Source: Chrysomallon squamiferum (taxonomy: Eukaryota > Animalia > Mollusca). Taken from it: a DNA stretch of 64,000 nt. Positions within the stretch are counted from its first letter, which is position 1, and every line of letters begins with the position of its first letter. A program made the translations under genes and the position numbers. The stretch lies in the NCBI GenBank assembly GCA_012295275.1, contig CM022665.1:35898001-35962000 (forward strand), in the 5' to 3' direction. Positions 41,603-54,249 of the stretch are shown here, in pieces. The notes below the pieces were generated by a model. That model ran no database searches. It was given only the letters and a program-made list of their open reading frames with translations, and had not been told where the DNA came from.

Positions 41603-43294
41603 AATAATAATATAACAAATACACGTACGAACATACGCAATCTGTCTGGGAGTGCGCCTACAAATACTGACAGATAGGTAGACAGACAGACAGAGAGGTA
41701 GGTAGTTCGTCAGAGTTGGTAGTATACCGAAAGCCACATCCAACTATACTGATTGTTATGTACACATGCGTACTGATAACTGTTTCAGATGTTTTGTGTA
41801 AGTCTGTTTGTCTGTTTTCTGCCTAAGACAGTATACTTTTAACTGAGTATATGATATGTTTTTCTCTGTGTGTATGAATGTATTGCTATTTTTTGTATGC
41901 TATGTATATAAGTAGCTGTATGTATGTATGAAGGTATGTATGCATGTATGTAGGTAGGTAGGTAGGTATGTAGGTGGGTATGCATAGGTGGTATGTTTGT
42001 ATGTTTGTGCATATGTTTGTATTTAGATGTGTATGTAAGTATGTATACGTGTAAATGTATGTAGTAGGTAGGTGGGTATTCGTGGGTGTAACTAGGTTTG
42101 TGGATGTTGTAAGACTTACGTATAAAATGTTACGTTGCAGTGGACGGTGGTTGGAGTGAGTGGAAAAATTTAGACTACGTGGGGCAGTGCACTGTTACCT
42201 GTGGGCTGGGGATTAAAAGGAAGTATTATAAGCGGACGTGTAACAATCCTGTGCCCAGGGGTGCCGGGCTGAAATGTCCTGGAAGTCACGTGATCAGTGT
42301 GGCAGAGATTTGTAACACAAATATTACTTGTTCAGGTGCTGAGTCTGTTGATTTATTCATCCGAGTAGAAAATATCAAAATAGAGAATACAGGTTAAAAA
42401 GCAACAAAACTGTTGGTTATTTTTGTATTTCTTTCACTTTCATTGTCGTATTCTAAGATAATTCAAATTTGTTTCGACGAAAATCTGGTTATATTTAAGA
42501 AGTAAGAAATTCGATGTGACGTTTTATAATTTGTCATCATTTCCCAGTCTAAGTAGATTAGATACCAAGAAGTAGCTGAAGTGACTTTCTTCTTCAGTGT
42601 CATTATTTTACTAAAACAACGTTTTGCACCATATGATGATTAATACACACACACTTACATATATATATATACATACATTCTCAGAAACACACACACATAC
42701 ACACCTTGGAACAAACATCTCCACACACTGAGTAAAGAGGACTGGGCTGGACACTCCTTTCACGGTGTGTCTAATCCAAATATCACACCTAATCAGTGTA
42801 TGTTTAAATATTTGCTTGTGGAATGCTGTCTCAGTAAATAAAGATTGTAATTTGTCTAGATCATCTGCCAGTTAATGGCGGCTGGGGTCAGTGGAGAAAC
42901 ACGAGTTTCAGCAGCTGCAGCACATCGTGTGAAACTGGGGTGATGACGATATTCCAGACTCGAGACTGCGACAGTCCCAGTCCTGCTCTGGGTGGACGAC
43001 CGTGCCGAGGAAGAAGGAACCAAACGACTGTAGATGTGTGCAACCAACACATACCTTGTGCAGGTAAACCGAGAAGAAGGTGCCAGAAAAATAAACAACT
43101 TTTCTGAGTAACTGTTATATACAGTTTGCAGAGAAGTATGTACAGGAAAATAAAAGGGGTTGTCAGAATTGAAATGCACACCAGAACCAAGACATGTTGA
43201 CAGTATACAGATATGTTAGAGAGATGACGTATACTTACAGTTTACATGTCATGTTACTAACAACTGAATTGCTAATATTAAGTAAAGAAAAATC

Positions 43295-43808
43295 TGGAGA
43301 AATGTCACAGACAAGTAAAGTTTAGAGAAATGTCACAGATAAGTACAGTTTAGAGAAATGTCATAAATAAGAAAAGTTTAGAGAAATGTCATAGATAAGT
43401 AGAGTTTAGAGAATTATCACAGATAAGTAGAGTTTAGAGAAATGTCAAAGATAACTAAAATTTAGAGAAATGTCACGGATAAGTAAAGTTTAGAGAAATG
43501 TCACAGATAAGTAAAGTTTAGAGAAATGTCACAGTTAACTAAAGTTTAGAGAAATGTCAGAGATAAATAAACTTCAGACAAGTTTCACAGATAAGTAGAG
43601 TTTAGAGAAATGTCACAGATAAGTAAAGTTTGGAGAAATGTCACATATAAGTACAGTTTAGACAAGTGTCACAGATAAATACAGTTTAGAGAAATCTCAC
43701 AGAAAAGTAAAGTTTAGAGAAAGGTCAGTGATAAGTAAAGTTTAGAGAAATGTCAAAGATAAGTAGAGTTTAGAGAAATGTCACAGATAAGTGAAGTTTA
43801 GAGAAATG
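43295..43808. repeat. 28-bp intronic minisatellite, ~18 copies
   Basis: Unit agataagtaaagtttagagaaatgtcac. Confidence 0.92.
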
Positions 43809-43984
43809 AAGCCTTATTAATATTAATGTTTCAACATGGTATCGGCTCGTTGTCGGCCAGTGTGTCAACTGTGTACGGATTGTGACGTTAGGCAGGAACT
43901 GTACGAACCCAGTCCCCATGGGGTCGGGATTACCATGCAGCGGATACTATTCCAGTGAGACGACAGAGTCGTGTAACTGTAATG

Positions 43985-45938
43985 GTCAGTGTTGATAATA
44001 ATGAAATGCAGTGACGTCAGTGTTGCTAATTATGACATGTAGTGACGTCAGTGTAGCTAATAATGACTTGTAGTGACGACAGTCTTGCAAATGGTTACAT
44101 CAGTGTTGATAACAATGACATGTTTTAAGTTAGTGTTGCTAACAATGACGTACTGACGTCAGTGTTGCTAATAATGACTTGTAGTGACGTCAGTGTTGCA
44201 AAAGAGGAAGAGTAGAGACGTCAGTGTTGCTAATAATTATATGTAGTGACGTCAGTGATGCTAATAATGACTTGTAGTGACGTCAATGTTGCTATTAATG
44301 ACTAGTAGTTACATCAGTTTTGCTAATAATGAGGTAGTGACGTCAATGTTCACAATAATCACTGATATTGAAGTCAATGTTGCTAATAACGACTTCTAGT
44401 GACGTCAGTGTTGCTAATGAGGACTTGTAATAATGTCAGACTTGCTAATGAGCACTACTAGTGACGTCAGTGTTGCTAATAATGACTTAAAGTGACGTCA
44501 TCGTTGCTAACTATGACATGGATTAATTCAGTTTTGCTAGTAATGACTTGTAGTGACATCGGTGTTGCTAATAATGACTTGTACTGACTTCAGTTTTGCT
44601 AATAATGATCGGTAATGAAGTGAGAGTTGCTAATGAGGACTAGTAGTGACGTCAGTGTTGCTAATAATGACTTGTAGTGACGGTGCTGTTGCTAAAAATG
44701 ATATATAGTGATATCAGTGTTGCTAATAATGATCGGTAATGAAGTCAGTGTTGCTAATAATGACATGTAGTGATGTCAGCGTTGTTAATAATGACTTATA
44801 GTTATATCAGTTTTGCTAATGATAACTTGTAGTGACGGTGGTGTTGCTAATAATGACTTGAAGGGACGTCAGTGTTGTTAATAATGACTTGTATTGAGGT
44901 CTTAACAAAAGTCAAAAGGTCAGTGTACCCCAATATTCTTCAACAATACCAATTTTAGGAAGATTGTTCGGGTTTAAAAATAATTTTTTTCGCTGTTTTC
45001 ACACAGAATGACCCCTTGCAGTGATGTCAGATTTCCTAATAATGACTTGAAATGACGCCATTGTTACTAACAATGACATGTATTAAGTCAGTGTTGCTAG
45101 TAATGAATTGTAGTGAAGTCGGTGTTGCTAATAATGTCTTGTACTGACGTTAGTTTTGCAAATAATGAATTGTAGTCACGTCAGTCTTGATAATGTGGAA
45201 TAGTCCTGACGCCCGGGTTGCTAATAATGATAAATAGTGACGTCAGGGTTGCTAATAATGATTTGTAATTACGTCAGAGCTGCTATTGATGACAGGCAGT
45301 GACGTCAGTGTTCCTAATGATGACTTGTAATGACGCCAGTGTTACTAATAATGACTGATAGTGGCATCAGTGTTGCTAATAATCACTTGTCACGGTGGTG
45401 TTGCTAATGAGGTCTAGTAGTGACGTCAGTGTTGCTAATGAGGACAAGTAGTGACGGTGGTGATGCTAATGAGGACTATTAGTGAAGTCAGTTTTGCTAA
45501 TAATAAATAGTAGTGACGTTAGTTTTGATAATAATGATTTATAGTGACGTCAGTTTTGCTAATAATAACTTGAATTGATGTCAGTATTGCTAATGAGGAA
45601 TAGTAGTGACGTCAGTCTTGCTAATAATGACTTTTAGTGATATCAGTGATACTAATAATGACTTGTAGTGACATGAGTGTCGCTAATAATGACACTGTTA
45701 CTTCTGTGTTGCTAATAATGACTTGTAATGAAGTCATAACAAAGGTCAAAAACGTCAGTGTACCCTATCATTCTTCAATCCTTATCATCTTGCTTTTTCA
45801 ACAATATCAATTTTATGAAGACTGTTCGGGTTTATAAATTTATGTTTTCGATCTTCTGAAAAGGAATGACCCCTAGAACTGATGTCAGGTTTGATAATAA
45901 TGACTTGTAGTGACGTCAGTGTTGGTAATAATCACTTG
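43985..45938. repeat. ~31-bp minisatellite rich in TGACGTCA, with two copies of a ~130-170-bp interrupting segment
   Basis: Unit gtagtgacgtcagtgttgctaataatgactt. Interruptions lie at ~44895-45030 and ~45730-45890. Confidence 0.92.
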
Positions 45939-47947
45939 AATAATCAGAGAGAGCAGAGTGTTTAAACTCATTAAAGTATTTCATAAATAAATAATAAAGA
46001 AATGGTAACACGTAGAAAAAAGAAGGAAGGATGGAATGAAAGATAGGAAATAAAAGATGGAAAAGAAAGAAAGAAAAGAAAGAAAGAAAGATAGAAAAGA
46101 AAGAAGGAAGGATAGTAAGAAAATAAAAAAGGAAAGAAAGAAAGAAAGAAAATACTGAAGCAGCTTAAAGAATGAACAAAAATTAATAAAAAAAAAAAAA
46201 GAACTAACGTAACAGAACGAAGCGTGGTACTATTTAAACGCAGCATTCTTTCAACTTTTATTCATAATAAAATATAAAATCGTATGTGTACTGCATTGAT
46301 TAGCAGGATAAGAATTTCCATACTGAATTCATTTGATTACTGAGAAAGAAAACAGAGAATACTGACTGACTGAAAAAAAAGAAAAATAAAAGCTTATGCG
46401 AAATATGTTCACTGATATATTTAGAGTCGCCTCCCTTATGCGAGAAGTGTTCACTTCTATATTTAGAGTTACTTTCCCTATGTGAGAGGTGTTCACTGGT
46501 ATTTAGAGTCGCCTCCCCTATGTGAGATGTGTTCACTAGTATACTTAGAGTTGCCTCCCTTATGTGAGATGTGTTGACTGGTATTTAGAGTCGCCTCCCC
46601 TATGTGAGATGTGTTCACTGGTATATTTGGAGTGGCCTCCCTTATGTGAGATGTGTTCACTGGTATTAAGAAAATAAGATAGAAAACTCGAATACAAAAG
46701 CTCAACTAAATAATCAGTGAGAGCAGAGTGTTTAAACTGATTAAAGTATTTCATAAATAAATAATAAAGAAATGGTAACACGTAGAAAAAAGAAGGAAGG
46801 ATGGAATGAAAGATAGGAAATAAAAGATGGAAAAGATAGAAAGAAAAGAAAGAAAGAAAGATAGCAAAGAAAGAAGGAAGGATAGTAAGAAAATAAAGAA
46901 GGAAAGAAAGAAAGAAAGAAAATACTGAAGCAGCTTAAAGAATGAACAAAAATTAATAAAAAAAAAAAAAGAACTAACGTAACAGAACGAAGCGTGGTAC
47001 TATTTAAACGCAGCATTCTTTCAACTTTTATTCATAATAAAATATAAAATCGTATGTGTACTGCATTGATTAGCAGGATAAGAATTTCCATACTGAATTT
47101 CTTCATTTGATTACTGAGAAAGGAAACAGAGAATACTGACTGACTGAAGAAAAAAAAATAATAAATAAAGGCTTATGCGAAATATGTTCACTGATATATT
47201 TAGAGTCGCCTCCCTTATGCGAGAAGTGTTCACTTCTATATTTAGAGTTACTTTCCCAATGTGAGAGGTGGTCACTGGTATTTAGAGTCGCCTCCCCTAT
47301 GTGAGATGTGTTAACGGGTACACATAGAGTTGCCTCCCTTATGTGAGATGTGTTCACTGGTATTTAGAGTCGCCTCCCCTATGTGAGATGTGTTCACGGG
47401 TATACTTAGAGTTGCCTCCCTTATGTGAGATGTGTTCACTGGTATTTAGAGTCGCCTCCCCTATGTGAGATGTGTTCACTGGTATATTTGGAGTGGCCTC
47501 CCTTATGTGAGATGTGTTCACTGGTATTAAGAAAATAAGATAGAAAACTCGAATACAAAAGCTCAAGTAAATAATCAGTCAGAGCAGAGTGTTTAAACTC
47601 ATTAAAGTATTTCATAAATAAATAATAAAGAAATGGTAACACGTAGAAAAAAGAAGAAAGGATGGAATGAAAGATAGGAAATGAAAGATGGAAAAGATAG
47701 AAAGAAAAGAAAGAAAGATAGATAGAAAAGAAACAAGGAAGGATAGTAAGAAAAGAAAGAAGGAAAGAAAGAAAGAAAGAAAATATTGAAGCAGCTTAAA
47801 GAATGAACAAAAATTAATTAAAAAAGAAAAGAACTAACGTAACAGAACGAAGCGTGGAACTATTTAAACGCAGCATTCTTTCAACTTTTATTCATAATAA
47901 AATATAAAATCATATGTGTACTGCATGGATTAGCAGGATAAGAATTT
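45939..47947. repeat. Recent tandem duplication of about 2.5 copies (units ~770 and ~860 bp) with a nested 40/42-bp minisatellite
   Basis: Units start at ~45939, ~46709 and ~47569 (aataatcag..agagcagagtgtttaaact). The nested unit is gtgttcactggtatttagagtcgcctcccctatgtgagat. Confidence 0.93.
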
Positions 47948-48778
47948 TCTCTTAAACATAGTCATTTTATTTATTATTTAACACTCATCTGACAACATTA
48001 TTCATTATCCTCCTTTTCCTACCTGTCTTCAGAAAAAATCATGAAATGAACCTTTATAGAACTTAAAATGGGTACAAAAGATATATAAGAAATGTACATG
48101 CAATAAAAAAATAAAAATAAAAAAAATAAAAAGAAGAAATGTGGCTTTGAATTTTATAAAAAGGAAACAAGGAAGTTGTAACACTTACATTTATTATCCA
48201 AAATGCACGTTTTGCAACTTTTGCGAAATTCTGATTCATTCCTCAATACTCGAGAAGTATGACTTTAAAAAACATAAAACATCTAGTGTCTTGGGCGACA
48301 GCTAAGAAGTAGGAGCCAATCCGGTGAATCCCTTATCACTAGTCGCCAACATGACTCAGCATCATCTAAGGATGGTACATATGTCAGCAATCAAACAGTT
48401 AAACGTGGAACATTAAACAGACGAGCATCGAACTCGCATCTCAAGACACTCTAGCAACACCCGAGTAACTAACATATCTCTCAACATAACCCGTTACAAT
48501 TTAGAAAACCGGTTTTGGTGCTTCGGTAACAGTATTAACCATCAATTACTAAAACGTATTTACCTCTATTTTCGACCCTAAGCAGAACTTATAATAGTGC
48601 TGATTGGATGGATATATTTATTACAGATCAAATCATAGGTCATTGTTTTATAATTCAGCCAATTACGTTTGCTGTTGGATTTGTGTATGGAACTCTTTTG
48701 GAACGGGTGCGTGTTATTCATGGTTTTTGGAGTAATGTATCGTATTGTAAGTGTGGGCTTGGCGATGGATTTTGAACT

Positions 48779-50240
48779 TGGTACAGAGCGCTGCTGTTAA
48801 TTTCTTTTTTATTTGAAAACGCCGACCGAAAGTTTACATAACGTACAGCAGATGAATGAATGAAATTAAAGCGTCAGCAGAATATAATAGATTTGGAAAA
48901 AGAAAAAGTGATAGCGTTATCACTGCAGGAAAGCGAAAGGTCCATCCTGATGAAGTGTTTAGTGAACTCGGCGTTGATGAAAGACAATAGCATCGTGTCT
49001 TTGATATCGAAAATATATAAAAGACGAACTTGCAGCTGTATATGTTAGTGTTTAAGTTACCAGACGGAGCTGATTTGTGTCACAGAGAACGACAACTTTG
49101 TACTTACTGGTGCCGACTACAGCGATGTGACATATTTGTTGAAGTAAATAATAAATGTTAATGACGATTCAGCTGTTCTTGATGGTGCATATAGTTCAAC
49201 GGTTGCCAGTGAAACCTGGATGAATGTTACTTGGATACTTTACACAGAAACTTGAACAAGTTAATGAAGAGTTAGTGACACTATTTTCTAATCTGGTGCA
49301 GGTAAATGCCTTAAATCAAAGAAATAAGTAACAATTCATTGTGAAATAGTGGTTGTAAAATGTATCATAGCAACAGATGTGGTTGAAAGTGACATGCAAT
49401 TACTTTTAGGAAAACCAGCAGTGAAAACTGCAAAGTAGTTACAGGTTTAGAGCATTACAGAGTAAAATTCTTGGAAAGCAGATTGATTTGTAGCCATACT
49501 CTGTTCGTCTTGATGATCCAAAACAACTTTTCTACACTATTGCTGATAAGAAAAAAAGAAAAAACATTTTACAACTTCATAAACAGTTTGCTCATCTTTA
49601 GAATCAAAGACTTGCAATGTTATTAGTGATTGTCATAAGAGTAACTGAAACTTGCGATGTATATAAAAAATTCAAAAGAACTTCACACAGACATATCGTG
49701 TGTCTTCCATTTGCATCAGAATTTAATGATGTGGCTCTGGATCTAAAAGAATGGAAGTCAGCTGTACATTTCTTACATTGATTTGGCAACAGGATCCTGA
49801 TTAGCTGCAGTTATTCAACAAAAAAACTCCTGCTGTGATTGACAAAGTGTGCTGAATTCAATATTATAACTTTGGTTTGGATGGTAAATGCAGTTGGAAG
49901 AAACTGAACAGTCTGTGATTGGTGGTCTGTCTGCTCCTAATTCTGCTAATCATTGAAAATAACTGTAATGCAGATGAGATACCATTTTAAGATGAATCAA
50001 AACAACATTTTATATACTGGGTAGGAGACACAGAACTGAACAAACAGCAGCATGTTATTTCTCTGAAATTAATGTAAACAAATTGAAACCATTGCCTAAG
50101 GTAAAAGTGACATAATGCAGAATAGAACTTTTAAGACTTTTTTTTAACTACATTTGATTCTATAGTACTTTTAACCATTTTACTTTTTCTTGTGAATGTG
50201 TTGTTTAGTGTTATTATCAACATAATAAAAGGGGATTGTC
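48779..50240 (+). mobile_element. Degraded Ty1/Copia retrotransposon (GalEa/Hydra-like), internally deleted
   Basis: PBS-like TGGTACAGAGCG at 48779 (one base short of the iMet PBS TGGTAGCAGAG). Gag fragments IDLEKEKVIALSL and VFSELG. Protease SAVLDGAYSSTVASETWM (~49170) and IATDVVESDMQLLLGKPAVK (~49370). Integrase LQLHKQFAH and VCLPFASEFNDVALDLKEW (~49570-49755). PPT-like AAAAGGGGAT followed by TGT at ~50227-50239. Integrase follows protease directly, the Copia order. Confidence 0.75.
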
Positions 50241-50344
50241 TTAACATGATTATTTATGTTTACCAGAATGTCTTGGTGTCACAATGCCAATATTTATTCT
50301 TGTTATTATGTCTTGGGGGTCTAAAAACACTATGATAAGTATTG

Positions 50345-50375
<31 letters not shown>

Positions 50376-50639
50376 GCTCAGAACTCATCTGAAATATATA
50401 TTCATTTTGAAAAACACAAAAATATTCATATTTCATCTTATAAGTCAAAGAAAACCTGTATTGATCATTAACTTTTGAAGTAAGATAAAAGGACTCACAT
50501 ATGCAAGTATACAAACATGTGATATTGAAATTCTGCTTTGTTGAATGTTTAGACAATATGAAAATTATAGTAATATCAACATTTTTTTTTATTTTACCCT
50601 ATATGGGTAAAAATTCTAAATTTATAGGGTAAACTTTTC

Positions 50640-52252
50640 TGAAAGTAATTCTTGAAAAAGATGACCAAGATCTCAAAAGCATGCCGCTCAGTAATAATAC
50701 TGTTAGTAGCAGGATTGATGAAATGAGTTGTGATGTAGAAGAACTTGTTGAAAAATTATAATATACAAATGTTTCAATACACTTGGATGAATCAACTGTA
50801 AGAGATAGTGAAGCTCTGTTAATGGCCTATGTAAGATATGTTGATAATGGAGAATTTATTGAGGATATGCTATTTTGCAATTGATATATATAAGAAATTA
50901 AAAACATATTTAGATGATAAGCAGATACCAATGGAGAACATTATATCTTGTGCTGCAGACGGTGCTCCAGTAATGATGGGCAAGAAAAATGGAGTTTTAA
51001 AATTATTGAAAGACAACAATCCCCAAATGTTGTTAGTGCATTGTGCTATTCATAGACAGAATTTAGTTTCCAAAAAAGTTTCCCCTGTTCTAAACGAGAC
51101 ATTGAATGCAGTTATAAAATGCATCAACACTATAAAAGCTAATGCCAAATGTGAGCGTCTTTTCAAACAATTTTGCAAGGATCAAAATGCAGACTTTGTA
51201 AGATTATTACTTCATACTGATGTAAGGTGATTATCAAAGGGGAATTGCCTGAAAAGATTCATGGAATTATTTGATATTCTTAGTGAGTTCTTGGATGACA
51301 AACCTTATATGACTCTGTTACTGACAGTTGATGGTAAAGCACTTGTCAGTTATTTAGCAGATATATTTGAAAAACTCAATGTCTTAAATAAGGAGCTCCA
51401 AGGAACAAATATGACTCTTGTTAATTCAAAGGCCAAGATATTTCTGGAATTATCCCAAGAAAATATTTCTGTCAAAAAATTTGAACAATTTTATTGGCTG
51501 AATAAATGTGAGGTAACAGATGCTACTTGTCTTGTTACTGTGGAGCACTTAAAAATAATGGTAAGCGATTTCAACTTCAGATTTTCTGATTTGAAAGAAA
51601 TTAATTATCCATCTTGGATGACTCGGCCATTGCTAGTGGATCTGTCAGATGTAACCATGGAATATCAAGGAGAACTTTCAGAATTACAAAATGATGACTC
51701 GATTAACGCCCTGTTCAAAATAAAAGGAACAATGATGTGGTTCTGTGAAGAAACACAAGCTAAATATCGAAATACAAGTAGTTTGACAAGACAACTACTG
51801 TTACCATTCCCATCATCATACTTAGTGGAATGTGGATTTAGTGCTGTGAATGACTTATTACTGAAGAAAAGAAACCGACTGGATATCATTAAACGAGGCG
51901 AACTGAGATTGAAATTAAAAAAAATTCTGCCTTGGATAAAATCTCTTTGCACTAGACATCAGGCTCAAGGGTCTCATTAATTGATTGTAATTGAATTTAT
52001 TTAATCTGATGGTAGGTATGTTATACACATTATATAATGGATTTTATTTGATTAATTTTGAAGTTAAACCCTTTAGTTTTATTTGAAAGATACAATTTTT
52101 TATGTTATACTTCTTCAAAACTGATATTGTTACATCATACTAAACAATTAACTGATATTGTTATATCATACTAAACAATTAACGGGTGGGGGACATGAAG
52201 AAATTTGTGATAAAAAAGTGGGGCATGGTACTAAAATGGTTGGGAACCACTG
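50640..52252 (+). mobile_element. 5'-truncated Buster/Charlie hAT transposon (ZBED8/SCAND3/FAM200-like transposase pseudogene)
   Basis: Motifs MPLSNNTV, LDEST, ADGAPVM, HCAIHRQNL, LLHTDVR*LSKG (TGG changed to TGA at 51228-51230), FPSSYLVECGFSAV and HQAQGSH*. The 3' TIR (rc CAGTGGTTCCCAACC) ends at 52252 and is followed by GTTTAGAC, an nnnTAnnn target. Confidence 0.93.
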
Positions 52253-52479
52253 GTTTAGACACTTATTCAAGTGGTCTAATCATGGATGCTGTGCTGCAGT
52301 GGCAGGTTCAAGTGTTTCTCACATGGAATATCACACAAATGTGACAGGTTTACACTGGTCTGTCCTCAGTGGCATCATAATCACCTGCTTTTTCTCTTGA
52401 TCGTTGTACTAGCTGTTTCTGTTTCCTCATTTCCTGGAATGTTGCAGTATGGTAATAGCCACTGGTGGTGTTTGTTCAG

Positions 52480-52615
52480 TATTGCAGCTCAGAACAAAAA
52501 AGTAGCCTATGGTGGCCTCATGGTGTTTCCTCTCTCATTATCTCATTAATTCTTAACTATGTAACCATAAATAAAATGTGTTGAATGTGGTGTTAAATAA
52601 AACATTTCCTTTTTC
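52480..52615 (+). mobile_element. 3' part of a mollusc-type MetaSINE
   Basis: agtagcctatggtggc...gtttcctctctcattatct...aaccataaataaaatgtgttgaatgtggtgttaaataaaacatttcct matches a gastropod SINE tail as recalled from memory. Confidence 0.55.
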
Positions 52616-54249
52616 AAATATCTTCATTATATTACAAGATGCCTTCTTTTCTCAGGTCTTTTCAACAGTTTGTTCGGTTATTTCTCCCAATCTGAATCTG
52701 AATAAATAACCAGACACTGAAGTTGGCTATTTTCATTACCTTAATTACTTCATACATTTCAAATCTCACTTTCAGGTTATTCAGGAGGCCGGTAATTAGA
52801 GCACTGGCTGCTGAAAAGCTTTCACCTCTGCCTCTATGGTGAGATAATTCAGAAGAAAACTTGTGGAATTGCCTTTAATTAAAAATAGCCCGTCATGTTT
52901 ATTAAATAGGAGGCACATTTTAAGTAAAAAGATAATTTTTAAAATTAAATTTATATTGCTGAGAAGAACATTACAGAGTTAATAGCAAAACTTTTTTAAG
53001 TTAGCAAGAAAATATATACACATTTTTGGCATAGATGTATGTAAGGGTTAATCTGGATCCATGACATGATTTGATCAGTCAAACCAACAACCAATAGAAA
53101 AAAAAAGAGGTTAAATCAAAATTAATAAATTGTAGATAGCTCAACCACTTCTCATTGCAGTAAGAAATTTATTTGTTTATAAGTAAAATTGTTGTAATTT
53201 GCAAAATTCAGTTTAATTCATGTTTAAATTATCAATGCAGAATTTGACTGCATGCAACACTCAATCAACTGGGCAGGAAACATGTTCACGTTTTGCTCCA
53301 GCAACTCTTTTCATAATTTTCAGTAAGAAATAGAATCAAATGAAATGGGAGTAAGGTTCTCCTTATCCTAAAAGATATCCTAACTTCATTTGCACAAGAC
53401 ATAGTTTAAAAATAAATAAATAAACTTACTTTATGTGCTTGCTTTTGGGTTTACTTTGGCTAGAAGTTCTTATGGAAAATTCCATCCTTCTGACACATTC
53501 CAAAAATGACAATTCATTTCATTAGCCTTTTCAGTAGGCACCAAATTAACTAACCAATCAAACAAATAAATTCAAAGAGTAAAAAATACCCAGAAATCGG
53601 AAGTACTAACCCATAATAGTTTCAACCTCCCAGTTGCAACCTGGCAAATCTATATATATATATGTGTGTGTATATCCCACTAGATAAATAACACCAACAC
53701 GAGTCAATTTCAAGCTATTTATTTATACACAAAAGATATTTTGTTGTAATGTAAAATAATTATTTACAGTTTTGAGGAAACCTGAGTTAAAAATAATAAC
53801 AGCCAGAATTGGTAATGAAAGAATAAAATTACATTAATATAAATTTAAGTTACATATGTATTAAACAATATGCCTTTAAATGACAATGTAAAAAACCAAG
53901 GAAAAAGTTGCTTATGCTTCTTGCTGCCAAAGTGCATATCACACTCCTACTTGTCACTTGCATCAACCATAAACTCTCTTTCTTGTCTCAAACCTGGTCT
54001 GTGAAACTGCAGAATTGAAGAGAAAAGTGAAGCCATGCAAGTGGACAAATTTCAAACTGTGTTAGTCTTTCGCACTAAACTCACCACATCTTGATGCTAA
54101 TTAACATAACTTTTCAATTTAAAAACAGCTTTCAAACGTTTGTCATGACAATTTTCTTGTAAAAGAGAATTACTGATGGTGAAACAGAACTTTAATTTTT
54201 AAAATATATTAGCTGTTAAAAGCAGTTTATTTACAGATTAAAATTGTTA

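Larger units (their letters stand above)
38310..48049 (+). pseudogene. Secreted GON-domain + thrombospondin type-1 repeat protein (ADAMTS9/GON-1-like C-terminal module without protease), disrupted
   Basis: Signal-peptide exon 38310-38361 (MKMLMWLVLFLSVVKHA). GON exons 39087-39364 (KIYCHNMKSSPSEYLSL...TTYTKIRVD), 40261-40434 (PYGTAADCYS...GYFVIDL) and 40775-40916 (CGRYCGSC, with in-frame TAG at 40829-40831). Phase-1 TSP1 exons 41331-41519, 42141-42335, 42872-43063 and ~43831-43984 (acceptor missing). Probable terminal exon 48033-48049 (EKIMK*) with AATAAA near 48102. Confidence 0.8.

Noticed and set aside
42856-43190. Two ~100-aa minus-strand ORFs
   Set aside because: They are antisense shadows of the plus-strand TSP1 exon 42872-43063.
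43295-47530. Regularly spaced 28-42-bp repeats as a CRISPR array
   Set aside because: The units are contiguous with no unique spacers, there are no cas genes, and the context is a eukaryotic intron. They are minisatellites.
50838-51980. Domesticated ZBED8/SCAND3-type host gene
   Set aside because: An in-frame TGA at the conserved RW motif, a frameshifting deletion, 5' truncation and a retained TIR mark it as a dead transposon. I saw no evidence of selenocysteine recoding.
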